From Flaccisagitta enflata (lineage: Eukaryota): a stretch of DNA of 64,000 bases. Made by a program: the position numbers and the translations under genes. The notes under the pieces are model-generated. The model made no database searches. It had not been told where the DNA came from and saw only the letters and a program-made list of their open reading frames with translations. Below, piece after piece: positions 26,665-41,356 of this stretch (within the stretch, counting starts at the first letter, position 1; the number at the start of each line of letters is the position of its first letter). The stretch is from contig OZ231126.1 of the NCBI GenBank assembly GCA_965153355.1, forward strand, positions 14,384,001-14,448,000, written 5' to 3'.

Positions 26665-27518
26665 GGCTTTGGCATTCTCCTTTCTTTCTCACTCACTCAC
26701 TCCCTCTCTCACTCACTAACTCACTCACTCACTCACTCGCTCGCTTACTCACTCGCTCACTCTCTCTCTCACCTTTATTTGAAGTCAGTCTTGGAATCAC
26801 GTTTTAATGCGAGATTGAACAATACGCTGATGTTTCAAAGTGAAAAAGTTTCTATCCTGTTACCATCGATAAGAAAAATGTCGGTAGAATTTTCGAGGGT
26901 AGGACTTATGACAAGGAGTGAGATTTTCAATCTTGGTTTCGCCAAAAATTCACAGCTTTAGTGTCTTCCAACTGATTTTCAACGAGGAATCCAAAAATCG
27001 CAGCCTCGAGGACCTCAGAGTACGTATTAAAGATCTTTTAGGAAAGCTTACTTCTACTCCTTCAAACACTAAGAAAGAAAGAAAGAACGACTTATAAGAC
27101 AATCAAATTGCATTATGAATTAAATTGAATAAAATTACAGATTGACAGAATGAATCAAGAGAATCAACAGAATGACAGAATTAATCAACACGAGCGCGAG
27201 AGGACTATACAGATAAAAACACCTTTCTTTACCAGAAAAGACGGCTCTCGCCGACCGGAAAAAAGTCGTAAATGCATAGTCGTAGGTGCTATTTGAAAAA
27301 GAAAAATAAGCTCTGTCTTAACTATGAATATCAAAAAATGTATCATCCCAGCCCAAAAATGGCTCAACTTCCTAAACTTGTCCCAAACCGAAAATGGAAA
27401 ACTTTATTTCTCCCCTATGTTTCAAAACGTATTTCGTAATTCGTAATTCGTAATTCGACTTTTTTCCAACAACCACCAAAATGTCATGTCTTATCGTCAA
27501 GGCCAGATTTGATCTGAG

Positions 27519-27964
27519 CTAAACATAGTGGCAGTAAAGAGTCGCATCCGCCACTTTTGTGCCATGCATTTTCATGGCTTCAACGCAGTCGTGGCTTGAC
27601 TTGTAAGAAACCAAACACGCGGATTTTGAATGTTCGGATTTTGAATGTGCTTTGTCCCTCTTTAATTCGTAGTCGAATTCTTCCAATAAATGGTCTAAAG
27701 TTATGGAATCAGTTCCCCAAATGCAGATTTGGTTATTGAACGACGGCTTCGTGGGAGCGGCGAAAGCAGTTATGGTGGCCTGGGTGGGGAAATATTGCCC
27801 GCGTTGACTCTGAAACGCGTCGAGGAAATCGTTGGCGATTTCAGGCGATTTCAGGCAAAGGATCCCGATTTTTGATTCCGAGAAGACGACGCGACCCCGA
27901 ATGCCGCCTGTGTGAGGGTAAGAAAATACAGCAGGTATAAATGACAAGATTTTTGTTGTTGTTA

Positions 27965-28005
<41 letters not shown>

Positions 28006-28054
28006 CACTACTTTTTTGAGATCTGATTTTTTGCTGAGTAGGAAATTTTCCATA

Positions 28055-28110
<56 letters not shown>

Positions 28111-28800
28111 ACCTTCGAGAAACGAGAACCCGTTACAGTTGATCAACGTTTCCATAAGCGATGACGTCATCGGTTTTAAAACGACAACGCCATCCGCGAA
28201 ATTGAGGCCGAATTTGTTTTTAACGTAGTCGTTTTTGATGTTGACGTCTTCTTCCGGTTTGACGACGGGTTTGACGTTGATAACGTGTCCAATCGACCCC
28301 GTTGGTACGCTTTTCTTTCTTCGCGGTTCTGAACCAGATTTCTCGCGTTGAAGTTGTGCGGGAATGTCCACCATTGGCTTTCGCCCGTTACTGAGGGACG
28401 CGACATTGCCGGATTGCCTCGCTAGACTTCGCTCAGAGCGGAAGCACCCGGATCGCAGCATCTTTGGGGGGACCGCAGCATCTTTGGGGTCCCAAAAACC
28501 TCGGCGGGCGAAAGTGGCGCGAGGCGATGATGCAGTCGTACGAATCTGCGAATGAACGTAGTTTTCCTTGCCTGAAGAAGTCCATGGTTGAACTGAAGAC
28601 TGAACAAACGAAAACGCCCTTCGTTCGTCAGGTCGGTCGCCCATGCAGTGAGAATTTTCCCTTTCTTTTGATCCGTTAGATCCGTTAGATCCGTTAGATC
28701 GACTCTTTTTCTCTCTCTCATTTTCATCACATGGCGCAGATTTCGCTTTTTGATCGTTTTGACGATCGCCCCCATTGCGCCCTCGGCCGATCTCTTCCAT
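27519..28800 (-). CDS. Two-exon gene (28113-28800, 27519-27907), ~358 aa: disordered N-terminus and two divergent RRM-like domains
   Basis: Phase-1 GAAG|GTGAG...CACAG|GC intron removes the (GA)n/(CAA)n tracts and joins ORFs 27841..28875 and 27519..27947. C-terminus NQICIWG...LDHLLEEF...KSACLVSYKSSHDCVEAMKMHGTKVADATLYCHY has RRM-like spacing. Start codon uncertain. Confidence 0.7.
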
Positions 28801-29061
28801 TGTTACAAAATCAGTAATTTCCAATAACACTGAAGCTAGAATTTCAAAGATCACTAGTTTCTTTTTAAGTCCCACTTAAGCAAATATGTTCACTTATACG
28901 CGATTTTCGTGATTTAAAAGAAGCCTGCTTTCGCAACTCCTGTAGACCTGTAGAAAGGAAGATGCAGTGGAAATTATTTTGTTGTAAAATTCATGGTACA
29001 CCTGTATTGTTTTCGTTGGTTTGACCCACAAATAATTTTCGTAATCACCAAGAGTGTCATG

Positions 29062-29212
29062 AACAAGGCCGAATACACAGCAGGACAGTCGCGGATGGTT
29101 GGACAGGGGCGGCGATGCCAAAACCACTCGCAATTGAAAAATGTCACGGAAGGAACGATGGACTGACGTCTGACGGACCGACCGACACGGCAAGGTGTAG
29201 AACGCGTGTACC
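29062..29212 (-). mobile_element. Family A' HINE-like element
   Basis: AACAAGGCCGAATACAC...AGTCGCGGATGGTTGG...GACCGACACGGCAAGGTGTAGA. Confidence 0.65.
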
Positions 29213-29280
29213 ATAAAAAGTCAAGTAGGCAAGTAGAGAGCGATATTTCACACACAAGAACTACATACTTGATTACAATA

Positions 29281-30044
29281 CAGGGTGTTTCAAGTGAGTT
29301 GTAACTTAAAGAATCGACATAGCTATTCAAATGAATTTCTTTAAAAAGATCTATAAAGATCTTGGTCTTCAGTTTTTTTCATACCCAACCTCAACTTTAG
29401 GTAACTGATAGATGTGTGTCAATAAAATATCAAAAGAACAGTTGTTTTGGTGGAAAATCTTTTTTTTTCATACATGTACATAACAGTAGCTTACTTTAAT
29501 TGCTTGTTATTTTTGAATAAATCAAACTAGCACCCTGGGATTGGTCTCAAATAAAAGATAATTGATCATAGAATACTCATGTCCCTTAAAACCAGGGGAA
29601 CTTTAAACATTTTTTAACTTTATCAATGATTTTGGTCAAACATCATCAAAGTTTGATTGCAATTTTCAAAAAGGTTGATCAAAACCTTGTCAAATAAAAA
29701 AAAAACTTCCAAATTTGTTAAAAGGTCTAAAATATATAACAAATTATCTGTCATTTGAGACCAATCTCAGGGTTCTAACTCAATTTATTGAAAAATGGCA
29801 CACATTCAAAGACATCTACTTTCACATACAATAAAAGTAAAGAAAAAACTATTGATGAGGTCAGAAATCATATATGTTTTTCACAGATATTGGCGTCTTG
29901 ATGAGAAGTCCAATTATCATGAAATTTTGCATGCAAAAACTGAGGACCAAGATCTTCAAAGATCTATTTTCAAAAATTGATTTGAATATCAAGAAACAGA
30001 GATATGTCAATTTTTAAATGTTACAACTCACTTAAAACACCCTG
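29281..30044. mobile_element. Tc1/mariner-type MITE
   Basis: TA|CAGGGTGTTTCAAGTGAGTTGTAAC...GTTACAACTCACTTAAAACACCCTG|TA; extra internal inverted blocks. Confidence 0.88.
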
Positions 30045-30117
30045 TAAAAAGTTAAGTCGGTGAGTAGAAAACTATATTTCTGGTCCAAAAATTTCTTTTT
30101 ACAAAAAATGTTTAATA

Positions 30118-30715
30118 CTATCTAAAAAATAGAAATGTTCCCGCACGTTTTGATACATAGATCCTAAACGATTACACTAATTCTAAAAAAATTGGTGACC
30201 AAATTGAAGCCCTTCAAATTTTCAAGCGATTTGTGCAAACCGCGTGTCACTATCTCAATGGGCTTAAAAGTTATTCCACTTAGAATGAAATTGTTCCTTT
30301 TGAAAGTTTCTTAAAGAATTTGCCGCGTATTTTAAACTTAAGAATTGAAAGCAAGAAAAACATACTTTTTGTTGGCCGATCATGATAAAATTTTTACTGT
30401 AGTAGGACAAAGGTTTGGAAACTCTTCAGTTTAAATTTCAGCACGCTAGGCGGACTAGAAGTATGCTTTTCATATATCTTTTATGTGTGTGTGTTTTTCG
30501 CCTAAATTTGGCGCATCTGTCTTGAGGCCTGGTATGTCATCACTTCAAAGTGCCTCTAGAAGCTTTACAAATCGCCTCCCTGACAAATGGCGACCATAAT
30601 TTAGCAAGAATGAGCTCACACCAATAGTTGATAGGTTTGTGATTGACTGGTATTTATTAATGAGTCAATAAATTGATTGAATTCAGAGGTGGGAACATTT
30701 CTATTTTTTAGATAG
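30118..30715. mobile_element. MITE with perfect 25-bp TIR and TA TSD
   Basis: TA|CTATCTAAAAAATAGAAATGTTCCC...GGGAACATTTCTATTTTTTAGATAG|TA. Confidence 0.88.
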
Positions 30716-31895
30716 TAGACGAGTCGAGAGCGGTATTTTGGCTCAAAAACTTTATCTTATTTTTTTCTAAAAAAGTACAAGTTTAGTAAGCGAGTAAAGA
30801 GCAATACTTTTGACCCAAAATGCACATGACAATACTTTTTATAATGAAAAGTTTTAGTAGGCGTTAAGAAAGCGGTATTTCTGGCCCAATAATTTCATTG
30901 ATCGAAATTTTTTTTGTCGATGTAAAAGTATAGTATTTATTTGTTGCTAACCACAGGCCGGTGCTCCAAAACAAATCTGAAAATTTCCAGGGGGATATTT
31001 ATGACATTTGCTTGAATAAAAATTTTCATTTAATTCAGCCATGCTTCTGATAAAAACTTTGAGTTTCTATTCTATATATCAATATTATGTAACCTCCTCT
31101 TCCGCCTCCATATATTTTCATCACTATTTGACTTTTTTTCCTCTTCCGCCGCTCTCTTCCTCCTTTCTTTTCCTCCTTTCCTCTTTTTCTCTTCCTTTTC
31201 TTCTTTCCTTTCCTTACTCGCGTGGTTTCCTCCCTTTGTTTCTTTCCTTTCTGCTCTTCCTCCTCTTATTGCCATCTTTTATTCTTTCCTCTTCCTCTTT
31301 TTCTCCTCGCCACGCGCCAATTTTCTCCTCCCCCATCTCCTCAGCCATTTGTAGTTGTCATCTGTCATCTGTCATCTGTCAGCGATCTATTCCACAGTTA
31401 GTTATAACCGTAAATAGTAGAACAATATCCCTTATCAGTCAATACCCAAGCTCAGATAAATGGAAGAGGGCCTTGTAATCCCTCACTGACTAGCTAATAC
31501 GCGCAACACTCCTAGATTTCCATATAACGGAATCTGAAAAACTCTCCTTCTCATTCTAAACCAAAAGTAAACTGCTTACCAGAAAGTAGATAAGGACAAT
31601 GATTGTTACCTGTGTAACCAAAATTCAACAAATCATCCAAGGGTAACATTATTAAGAGACCATACCCAACCTACGACATCCTTTTCACAAAGCTTGCATC
31701 TATCGCTCTACTATTCCTTTTCAACAACCCGCCTTGGCGCCCAATACCCATCCTTATGACCCAAACCTCGAACTTAGAACCCTACCTATTTTCAGCCCAC
31801 AGGCCATTATCTCAACCTCTGAACAAACGTGTTCACATACAAATCTCTATCTCTCCTCTTTATCTCAAACTTCATTACTTTTAAATCTCAAATCT

Positions 31896-32046
31896 TTTTA
31901 GTTGCGGACACGCAACTCTATAAGAGGCTTTGTCCGTCCGTCCGTTGGTTGGTCGGTCCGTAACCGTCGAGTCGAAAAGTGGGAAAACGCGCATTTCCGC
32001 CCCTGTCCACCCGTCCGCAACTGATGGCCGTGTATCTGGCCTTGTT
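31896..32046 (+). mobile_element. Complete family A HINE-like element
   Basis: TTTTAGTTGCG-GACA-CGCAACT, (GTCC)n, GTCCGCAACT, GGCCGTGTATCTGGCCTTGTT. Confidence 0.85.
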
Positions 32047-32129
32047 TTACTATTTTTCTCTCCCTTATTCTTCCTCCCTAACATTCGTTGCTCTCATTTA
32101 AACAGTGCATTCACGCTCAAGGAAGAAAC

Positions 32130-33465
32130 ATGCTAACAGTGGTTTATTTGGTAAAGTAAACGAGTAAAGAGCCCAAATTCGAATTCTTCCCCATCCTTTC
32201 TCTCAGCTTGGGTATTTGATCATAGATCTCATTCCTGAATTATCTGCTATCTCTTCCCTCTCTCGTTCTTTCTCCTTTACCTCCGTTGCTCTCATTTCAG
32301 ATTTAGTATGATAGGTGGAACAACATCCCTCACTTTACCTAGACTAAAATAAATGGAAGAGGGCCTGGTGAGCCCTCACTGACTAGTTACTACGCGCATC
32401 ACTCCTAGTTTTCCATAAAACATAGTACACGAGTAAAGAGCCCAGATTCTTCTACATCCCCGGCCTTTTTCTCTCAGCTTAGGTATTCAATCGTAGAACT
32501 CATTCGGTCATTTCTCTTTATTCTCTACTATATCAGATCTAGTAAAGTACACGAGTAAAGAGCCCAGATTCTTTTCCTTCCCCATGGCCCCAGCCTTTTC
32601 TCTCAGCTTGGGTATTCGATCGAAGATCTCATTCGGTAATTCCTCTTTAATTCTCTACTACTTCTTTCCTCCCTCGTTCTCCTTTACTTCCGTAGCTCTC
32701 ATTTCAGATTTAGTACAGTTCACGAGTAGAGCCCACATTCAAACTCTTCTCCTTCCCCAGCCTTTTCTCTCAGCCTGGGTATTCGATCGGTAATTCCTCT
32801 TTAATTCTCGACTACTTCTTTCCTCCCTCGATCTCCTTTACTTCCGTAGCTCTCATTTCAGATTTAGTACAGTACACGAGTAGAGGCTAGAGCCCACATT
32901 CAAAGCCTTTTCTCTCAGCCTGGGTATTCGATCGGTAATTCCTCTTTAATTCTCTACTATTTCTTCTCTCCCTCATCCTTCCTCCTTCACTTTCGTTGCT
33001 CTGATATCAGATTTAGTATAGTACACGAGTAAAGAGCCCAAAGTCTTCTTTTTATTTTCTCTTAGCTTATTCGATCGTAGATCTCATTTCACATCAATAC
33101 TCTACCATTTCTTCCCTCCCTCTTTCTTCCTTCCTACTCTCCGTCGATCTCATTTCACATATAGTAATGAGTAGTGAGTAGCGAGCCCAATTTTTCTTAT
33201 TTTCGATTTCTGCGCGCTCCTCGTATTTTCTCTTCATACTTCTCGTTTTCGTACTTTTCTCTCAGATTAGGTATTCGATCGTAGATTTCAGTCGGTCATT
33301 CCTATTTCTTCTACTTTTTTTCCCTCCCTCTTTCTTCCTTCCTCATTTCCGTCGCTCTCATTTCAGACTTAGTAGAAGTAGCGAGTATAGAGCCCGAATT
33401 TCTCTCCTTATTTTCGATTTCTCGGCGCTCCTCGTATTTTCTCTTCATACTTCTCGTTTTCGTAA
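32130..33465. repeat. Degenerate tandem array, ~8 units of 120-200 bp
   Basis: Recurring AGTACACGAGTAAAGAGCCC, CTCTCAGCTTGGGTATTCGATCG and GCTCTCATTTCAGATTTAGTA modules. Confidence 0.8.
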
Positions 33466-34269
33466 TGTTGATATCCTGACCTTTTCTTGATTCACAGAAT
33501 TCCCATCATCATCAAGTTTTGAGTTGCCAAATTCCATTGCTGAATACTGCAACATAAAGCATAGCAGAATGAGACATCACTACGGCTCAAAGTACCAACT
33601 CGCTCCGGTGGGGAGGGGGGGAATCAAAGGGTTTGGAGATGGGGAAGGAGATCAAAGGGGGAAAATTGGGGGAAAATATAACTTTTGGCAGTACCAAATC
33701 ATAAATACTGATTAGTAAAACACAGTTTATTACTATTTAAATCTTAACTACACTGTTTCACTGCTTTATGGGGAAGAAATCAAAGGCAGGGGTGGGGGTA
33801 ATCAAAAGCGACTCAATTACATACACCCCATTGTACTATAAAATTCAGATTGAAAGAAAACAATTGACGTGGGGTCACAATATCGCTGTGAACGGGTATG
33901 CAGGGGCATCCAACCCAGATCCACACCCAAACTCTTACCCCACACACAAACATACACTCGTGCTCGTTTTCCCACTTTTCGATTTGATCATTACAGAATA
34001 ACAGACCGACGGACCAACAAAGCCTCTTATAGAGTTGCGTGTCCGCAACTAAAATATGGTCTGGCGCCATTTGACAGGTCTTTTACAGCTATTTGTAATA
34101 GTCACCAATTTTGATATCATTTCATAATAAGCCAAAAAAAGTGCAAATGAACAACGCAATATTTTTCTCAACACGTTTTTGCATTTTTTCTGCTTTTTGT
34201 TGATGTGAAGATTTCCTCTCTGTTGGCCCTAAAATCTAAACCAATTGGAGTTCCGAGCTCAGCCATCTT

Positions 34270-35812
34270 AATATATTGTATGTATTCACACATGAAATGT
34301 GTAGAGCGGTCATTGAAGGCAAATTGGCAACGGCATAGTACACAAAGGAGGCTATAAACTACAAATTACAAGGAAAATCAGGCAACTACAGATCCAAGAG
34401 ATCGAATGAGAGGAGAGTCGATACACAAGGCACATTTCAGAAGAAATTTCTCCTTGCGCTTATCAAGCAGTTCTTCCCATGTACAGCGATTGAGCGCATG
34501 CTAAAGGTCGGTGACACTTTCAGAATATGAGTATTTGAAAACGTTCCTAAAGATGCTGTTGTAGGCAACGATCATCCCGATTTGAGACATGAATGAATTC
34601 CACCCCATATGTGAGAAGGGGCAGACAATGGGATTCGAGAAGCCGAAGTCGCACCAGCTCGTCGGCGTTTCCATCAATTCGAATGATCGAATTTAGTTCA
34701 CGATAGAAGGAGGAATTTTTAGAGGCGTCCACGCATCTCTTTAAGAGGCTTTGTCCATCCGTCCATTGGTTGGTCGGTTGGTTGGTCGGTCCGTGGACAC
34801 AAGTCATATATGGTGGAAACTCAAGGGAATCACGCATAATGTTAAGTCATTGCATCATGCCACATGATTGATGCAATATTGCATCATTCTTAACAAGCTA
34901 AGCAGCATGTGGATGCATCGTTGTGCCCCCGGGGTACTTGTTTCTCTTATGCAGCAATCGAATTTTGGGCCGCTTTTAAGAACAACGCCGAGATAAGGCC
35001 ACTGATCCACCCAAGGAATAGAAGTGTCATTCAACTTCACCGAGAATGAGGGTTTCGAACCTTTGCCAAAAATGAGGTTCTTCGTCTTCTTGGCATTGAG
35101 GAGAATGTCCCACTTGACGCAGTATTCGTGGCACAAGTTGATAAGACGTTGTAAGCCTTTGATTGACGAAGCGAGGACTGCCATGTCGTCTGCGTAGAAG
35201 AGAGAAACAGCAAAAATCCCTTGAAAGTAACATCCGACATTAGCTTTCTGTAGAATGGAGATGAGCTCATCTACATATATGCCGTACAGATCAGGTGACA
35301 GGACATCGCCTTGACGTACATCGGCTGAGATTGGGAACCAATCGCTGAAAACACTGTCCCAGCGAACGCGACACATCAACCCATCATGCCATGTCATGAG
35401 AATGTCGAGAAAGACTTTGGGCACTTGTTTGTCTATGAGCTTGGTGACGAGGACTGAATGGACTATTCGGTCGAAAGCCTCACTTGCGTCCAGGTAGGAG
35501 CAGTAAACCCGACCTCCATTCTCAACGTAGTAGTTGATAAGCTCCTTTCGACAGTGTAGAGCATAAATCGTCGACTTTTTTCTTTTGAAACCAAATTGGT
35601 ACGCCGAGGTGGATAAGTGTTCAGAGAAAACGCGTTTCAACACATGCTCAAATATTTTTGAAATCACAGGAGAAATTGTTATCCCCCGGTAATTTGATAC
35701 ATCACTATGATTTCCTTGAGAGTCTTTCACAACGGGTATCATAAATCCGTATCGGAACTGAGATAAGACAAAGCCATGAACAAGCATCTGATGGAGCAAG
35801 GAAGTGAGATGA
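34270..35812 (-). pseudogene. 5'-truncated LINE (RT domain; RTE-X-like, clade not resolved) split by a family B element at 34716-34941
   Basis: NYRGITISPVISKIFE, QFGFK, LDASEAFD, VRQGDVLSP, FYADD, WPYLG; frame continues after the insert as SSFYRELNSIIRIDG; stops and deletions downstream. Confidence 0.9.
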
Positions 35813-37026
35813 TTTTTTTCTTGCTCCTTATAATGGTCACTGATTCTAACATCATTTTTACGTCATTCAGTTACAAATAAGTCATATAGGTGAGACGATA
35901 CTTTTGAGCACGCGCAGGCTCACCCTTTCGTTCAAGAAATCATAACCCATTTTCAAATCCAACCTTAATTTGCGTGCAGCCTTTTGCTATGTTTTCAAAT
36001 TCAAATGTTTTAGATTTACCAAGGTAAAATTGATGGCGATGGCTTACCACAGAAATCGTTCTTTTTCCGATTCCATGAATAGGCAACAAGTTGATATAAA
36101 AAGTTTTTTTTTCAAAGCAGATGAAATTGTATTTATCTAATGTGAAATTTTTGTAATCGTTAACCTTGTAAATACATCCAGTTTATTCACATGGTTTACA
36201 TGTAGCACAAAGACAAAAGCGGCAAATTAAACAAAGATAATTGAGCAAAAATAATTGAGATAAATCTACAATTTAGGAAAGGAACGGGTGATCTGCAACG
36301 CTCAGGAGAAATTTGGCAGTTCTGCTTTCGGTTAATTCTTCCCAAGTTTTGCGTCCCAATGCATGCTGTAAGTCAGTGACCGATTCCAAGTCACGGTAGC
36401 CAAACACTCTTCTGAAAATCGAGTTGTATGCATCTCTCAGTTTGCGACGCTCGTCTCTATCAGCAACAAAGATGACTTCAATTGCGTATGTCAGTATGGA
36501 GATGCAATGTGTCTCTAGTAGATGGAGCATCACTATCTCGTCAGAACGACCGTCGATGGGCAAAATGGCGATGGCGCAATGGTAAAAGGCTTTGACCTTA
36601 TCATCGATGCTGCAGTCGAAATTCTTATGCGAGCGGAGCTTGACGCTAAGATAAGTCCAGGTGTTAACCCATTCAATGCTTTTGCCGTCGAGAACAAGGT
36701 TAGGCAATTCGTACCTTTTGCCAAAGAACATGTTTTTAGTTTTTTTCGTGTTGAGTAGAATATCCCATTGCTTGCAATAGGATTCCGTGACATGTCGCAG
36801 AGTCTGCAAGCCTTTCAGGGATGGAGCTAGCTGCACCATATCGTCGGCATAGAGTAGAATGGAGAGAAATTTTTTACTCAGATAGCAGCCAATGCCTACT
36901 GCAACCAGAATATCAACCAGATCGTCGACATAGATGCAGTAGAAGACTGGAGAGAGAACTCTTTGTCTTACTCCTGCCTCAATAATGAACCACTCACTTG
37001 TGGTGTCGCCCCAACGCACGCGGCAC

Positions 37027-37540
37027 TTGGGTGCTTCACACAGCAAAAGTTGGTTATTTCTCTACACCCTCTTTACTTAATATGGAGTAGCCCATTTTAG
37101 GACCCTTACCATTTTTGGTTTATCAAAAATCATTTATCTTCCATTTTTTTTAAAATTGTGTTTGAGGACATAATTTGCATAATGCAGTGGGATAAAACCA
37201 TATGCTGACGTTCTTTGAATTGGCTTTTACATATTTTTTCTCTTCATAGAATTGTTAATCTGCCTTTTCATAAGCTCTTTCATAGCTTTTGTTCTTATAT
37301 TTTAGTTATTCTTCACAAACATCACAATTTTTTTAAACAAATAATTGTTTTTTTTAAAACAAAACTACATAGGATTTTGCTGAATTCTGGGAAACTGTAG
37401 GACCTTCAAGCCTAAAACAAAAACGGAATATGAAGGAATTTTGAAAAAAGAAAAATGGTTTTCTTCATTATTTTTGCTCCTCCACATTTCCCAAGTAGGG
37501 TGAAGGGATACTCCCAACTTTTGCTATGTGAAGCTCCCAA
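37027..37540. mobile_element. MITE with 9-bp TSD (Mutator/MULE-like), copy 1
   Basis: 27-bp TIR TTGGGWGCTTCACAYAGCAAAAGTTGG; TSD ACGCGGCAC at 37018-37026 and 37541-37549. Confidence 0.9.
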
Positions 37541-38054
37541 ACGCGGCACTCAAGATTCGAGTACCACATAATGATTACATTGAGGAAAGTCAGTGGCACA
37601 TGACGTTTGAGCAATTTGAGAAACAAGCCCGCACGGATGAGCCTATCAAATGCTTTCGAAGCATCGAAAAAAGAGCAATAGACGTTACTGCCCTTTGAGG
37701 TATAGGAATTGATGGTCTCCTTGAGGTAGTAGATGGCGTGGGAAGTCGAGGATTTCCGTTTGAAGCCGAACTGGTATCTTGATGTGGACAAGAATGGTTC
37801 AAAGATTATGCGTAGCACATGCTCAAAAAACTTGCTGATGATCGGGGCAATTGTTATGCCCCTATAAGTGTTGAGATCGCCCTTATCGCCTTGGTGGTCT
37901 TTGACAATCGGAACAATGGTCCCACGTTGAAACTGGCGTGGCACTGTGCGATGGAGCAGCATCGCGTTTGAAAGAATTTGAAGTCGATGAGGGACTGATA
38001 CAGGCGCATGGAAAAAGTGCTCTGCTGAAAAAAGAGCATCGTCGTTACACTTTC

Positions 38055-38646
38055 CTTTTTGGACTCAGGACACAGGGGTGAATTTCCAGACGTCCGACCG
38101 TCCGTCCGTCCGTCCATCCGTCCGTCCGTCCGTCCGTCCGTCCGCCCCCCCCAAGCTTCTCAAGCCTCAAATTATCATTGAATAACATGGGAAATTGACA
38201 AAATGCAAACTTCCCATTGAATAATATGGAAAACTTACAAAAAAGTAAAAAATTGCATGTTTCTCATTGAATACCATAGAAAATTGATGAAAATTGAGAA
38301 AAATGTAAAATACCCATTGAATAACATGGTATATTGACAATATACAAACTTCCCATTGAATAACATGGAAAATTTACAAAGAGTAAAAAATTGCATCTTT
38401 TCCATTGAATAACATAGAAAATTGATGAAAATTGAGAAAAATGCAAAATTCCTATTGAATAACATGGAAAGTTGCTACCGAGGCCTCAAATATGCCTTCT
38501 CAGGACGTCTGGAAATTCACCCCTGTGTCCTACAGGACATTGGCCGTTTGGGGCCGCTGCCCTGCTCTCACTCCAATTCTTCAACTAATCACTGCAAGCA
38601 GGGCATCGGGTACCGCTGACCATGTGCAATCCTTGGATGACTTGTT
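38055..38646 (+). mobile_element. Family C HINE-like element inserted at a T-run in the LINE
   Basis: Inverted arm AGGACACAGGGGTGAATTTCCAGACG / CGTCTGGAAATTCACCCCTGTGTCCT, (GTCC)n, internal CATTGAATAACAT repeats, tail ending CTTGTT; no TSD. Confidence 0.8.
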
Positions 38647-39414
38647 TAATGCTAAATGCGGCATCGAGAATGTTTTCGGTTGAAATGTGATATAATGCAC
38701 ATGAGCAGTCAGTGTGCCTTTTCACTGTGTCTGCATATTCAGCGTTAAAGCTTTCCTGCATCTCATCAACTTTTTCTTTGTTGTTTGGTTTGGAAAGTTT
38801 TATGAAGTGAGACCGAAAAGACTCTGCGCTGCCCTTTTTTGAAGTGACTCCGTTTACTACAGTATGCAAATGGAAATGATTTTTGCTGTGTAACTGCTTC
38901 CTTGATTTCCAGAAGTCAGTTGTGTGTTTGGTCGCAGTCTATTCCAGCAGTCTATTCCAGCATGATTGTTTTGGACGATTTTGAGCTGATTTCAATGCTC
39001 GGCGATATCTGGCACGATATCGGTCCACAATGCAGTTTGCCATTTTCACGCCAAACTCGATGTATGTTGATGCTTTCGTTACGCAATTCAGTGGGTTCAT
39101 CGTTCCACCAGTGTTTCTAAATACCGGGTTTATGACCTCTTGTGACAATTGTCACCAGCGTGTCATATTCTGACTGAATGGACTGAAGGCAATTCTGGTT
39201 GGAGCAGTGTGCCTGTTTACACGATGTGACGACGGATGGAAATTGAGAAGACAATGTTGAAAGAAAATTCGTCCTTTTAAAGTCCTTCTAAATGTAGTAC
39301 GCGTTTTTCTTTCTCCGGCTAGATCCCTGGCCCAGTATCTCCTAAAGTTGAGCCTTGAGAGCTGAGACTTAGAGTGAGAGAGAAAAATTTTCAAACAAAT
39401 ATTTACTGGGAGTA

Positions 39415-40108
39415 AACAAGGCCGGATACACGGGCCAAGACGGTGCGCCGAGCGTTATTAATTCATAGCTATCCCTAGCTCCATCAGACCTATCCCTAGC
39501 TCTATCAGACCATTCCTTGCTCTATCAGACCTATCCCGCCGAGCGTTATTAATTCATAGCTATCCCTAGCTCCATCAGACCTATCCCTAGCTCTATCAGA
39601 CCATTCCTAGCTCTATCAGGCCTCTCCCGAGCTCTATCAGGCCTCTCCCGAGCTCTATCAGACCTTTCCCGAGCTCTATCAGACCTATCCCGAGTTCTAT
39701 CAGACCTATCACCAGCTCCATCAGAGCTATCCCCAGCTCTATCAGACCTATCCTAAGACCTATCCGACCTATCACCAGACCCATCCGACCTATCCCCAGC
39801 TCTATAAGACCTAACAGTAGCTGATTATATTAGTGAATGAAATGACGAGTATCATTTATGATGAACGGAATGAGTTTTCTTTTGATTTCAAACATTTTTA
39901 GCGATTTTTCATTCAAGCATGACCGAGGGATGGATGGACGGACGGACAGAGCTTCTTATAGGGATGCTATGGCGCATCTAAAAATCATCCTAGCATATTT
40001 CTGAATCATTTCCAATGATTTTTGCTTCTTTTTGAGATTTTCAACTCGAGCGTGACCAACCAACCGACAGACAGAGCCTCTCATAGAGGTGCTATGGCGC
40101 ACCTAAAA
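39415..40108 (-). mobile_element. Family E HINE-like element with a 21-mer (CTATCAGACCTATCCCTAGCT) array
   Basis: AACAAGGCCGGATACACGGGCC...CGGTGCGCC at one end, AGGTGC-TATGGC-GCACCT-AAAAA at the other; shorter copy at 49312-49626. Confidence 0.75.
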
Positions 40109-40162
40109 ATCGATAAGATTAAGTTTCCGTTGACTGAAACGGCAAATGCGCGGGAAAATGAT

Positions 40163-41356
<1,194 letters not shown>

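Larger units (their letters stand above)
36175..39260 (-). pseudogene. Second related LINE copy, split by two insertions (37027-37540 and 38055-38646)
   Basis: Fragments join as ...ILDAAFSIK|KGKCND...YRGITIAPIISKFFE...FDASKAFD...ECR|VRWG...GVRQ...LLYADD...WTYL; frameshifts and stops in the upstream linker. Confidence 0.9.

Noticed and set aside
32130..33465. CRISPR-like repeat-spacer array
   Set aside because: Spacers are homologous to each other, unit lengths vary, no cas genes, eukaryotic context
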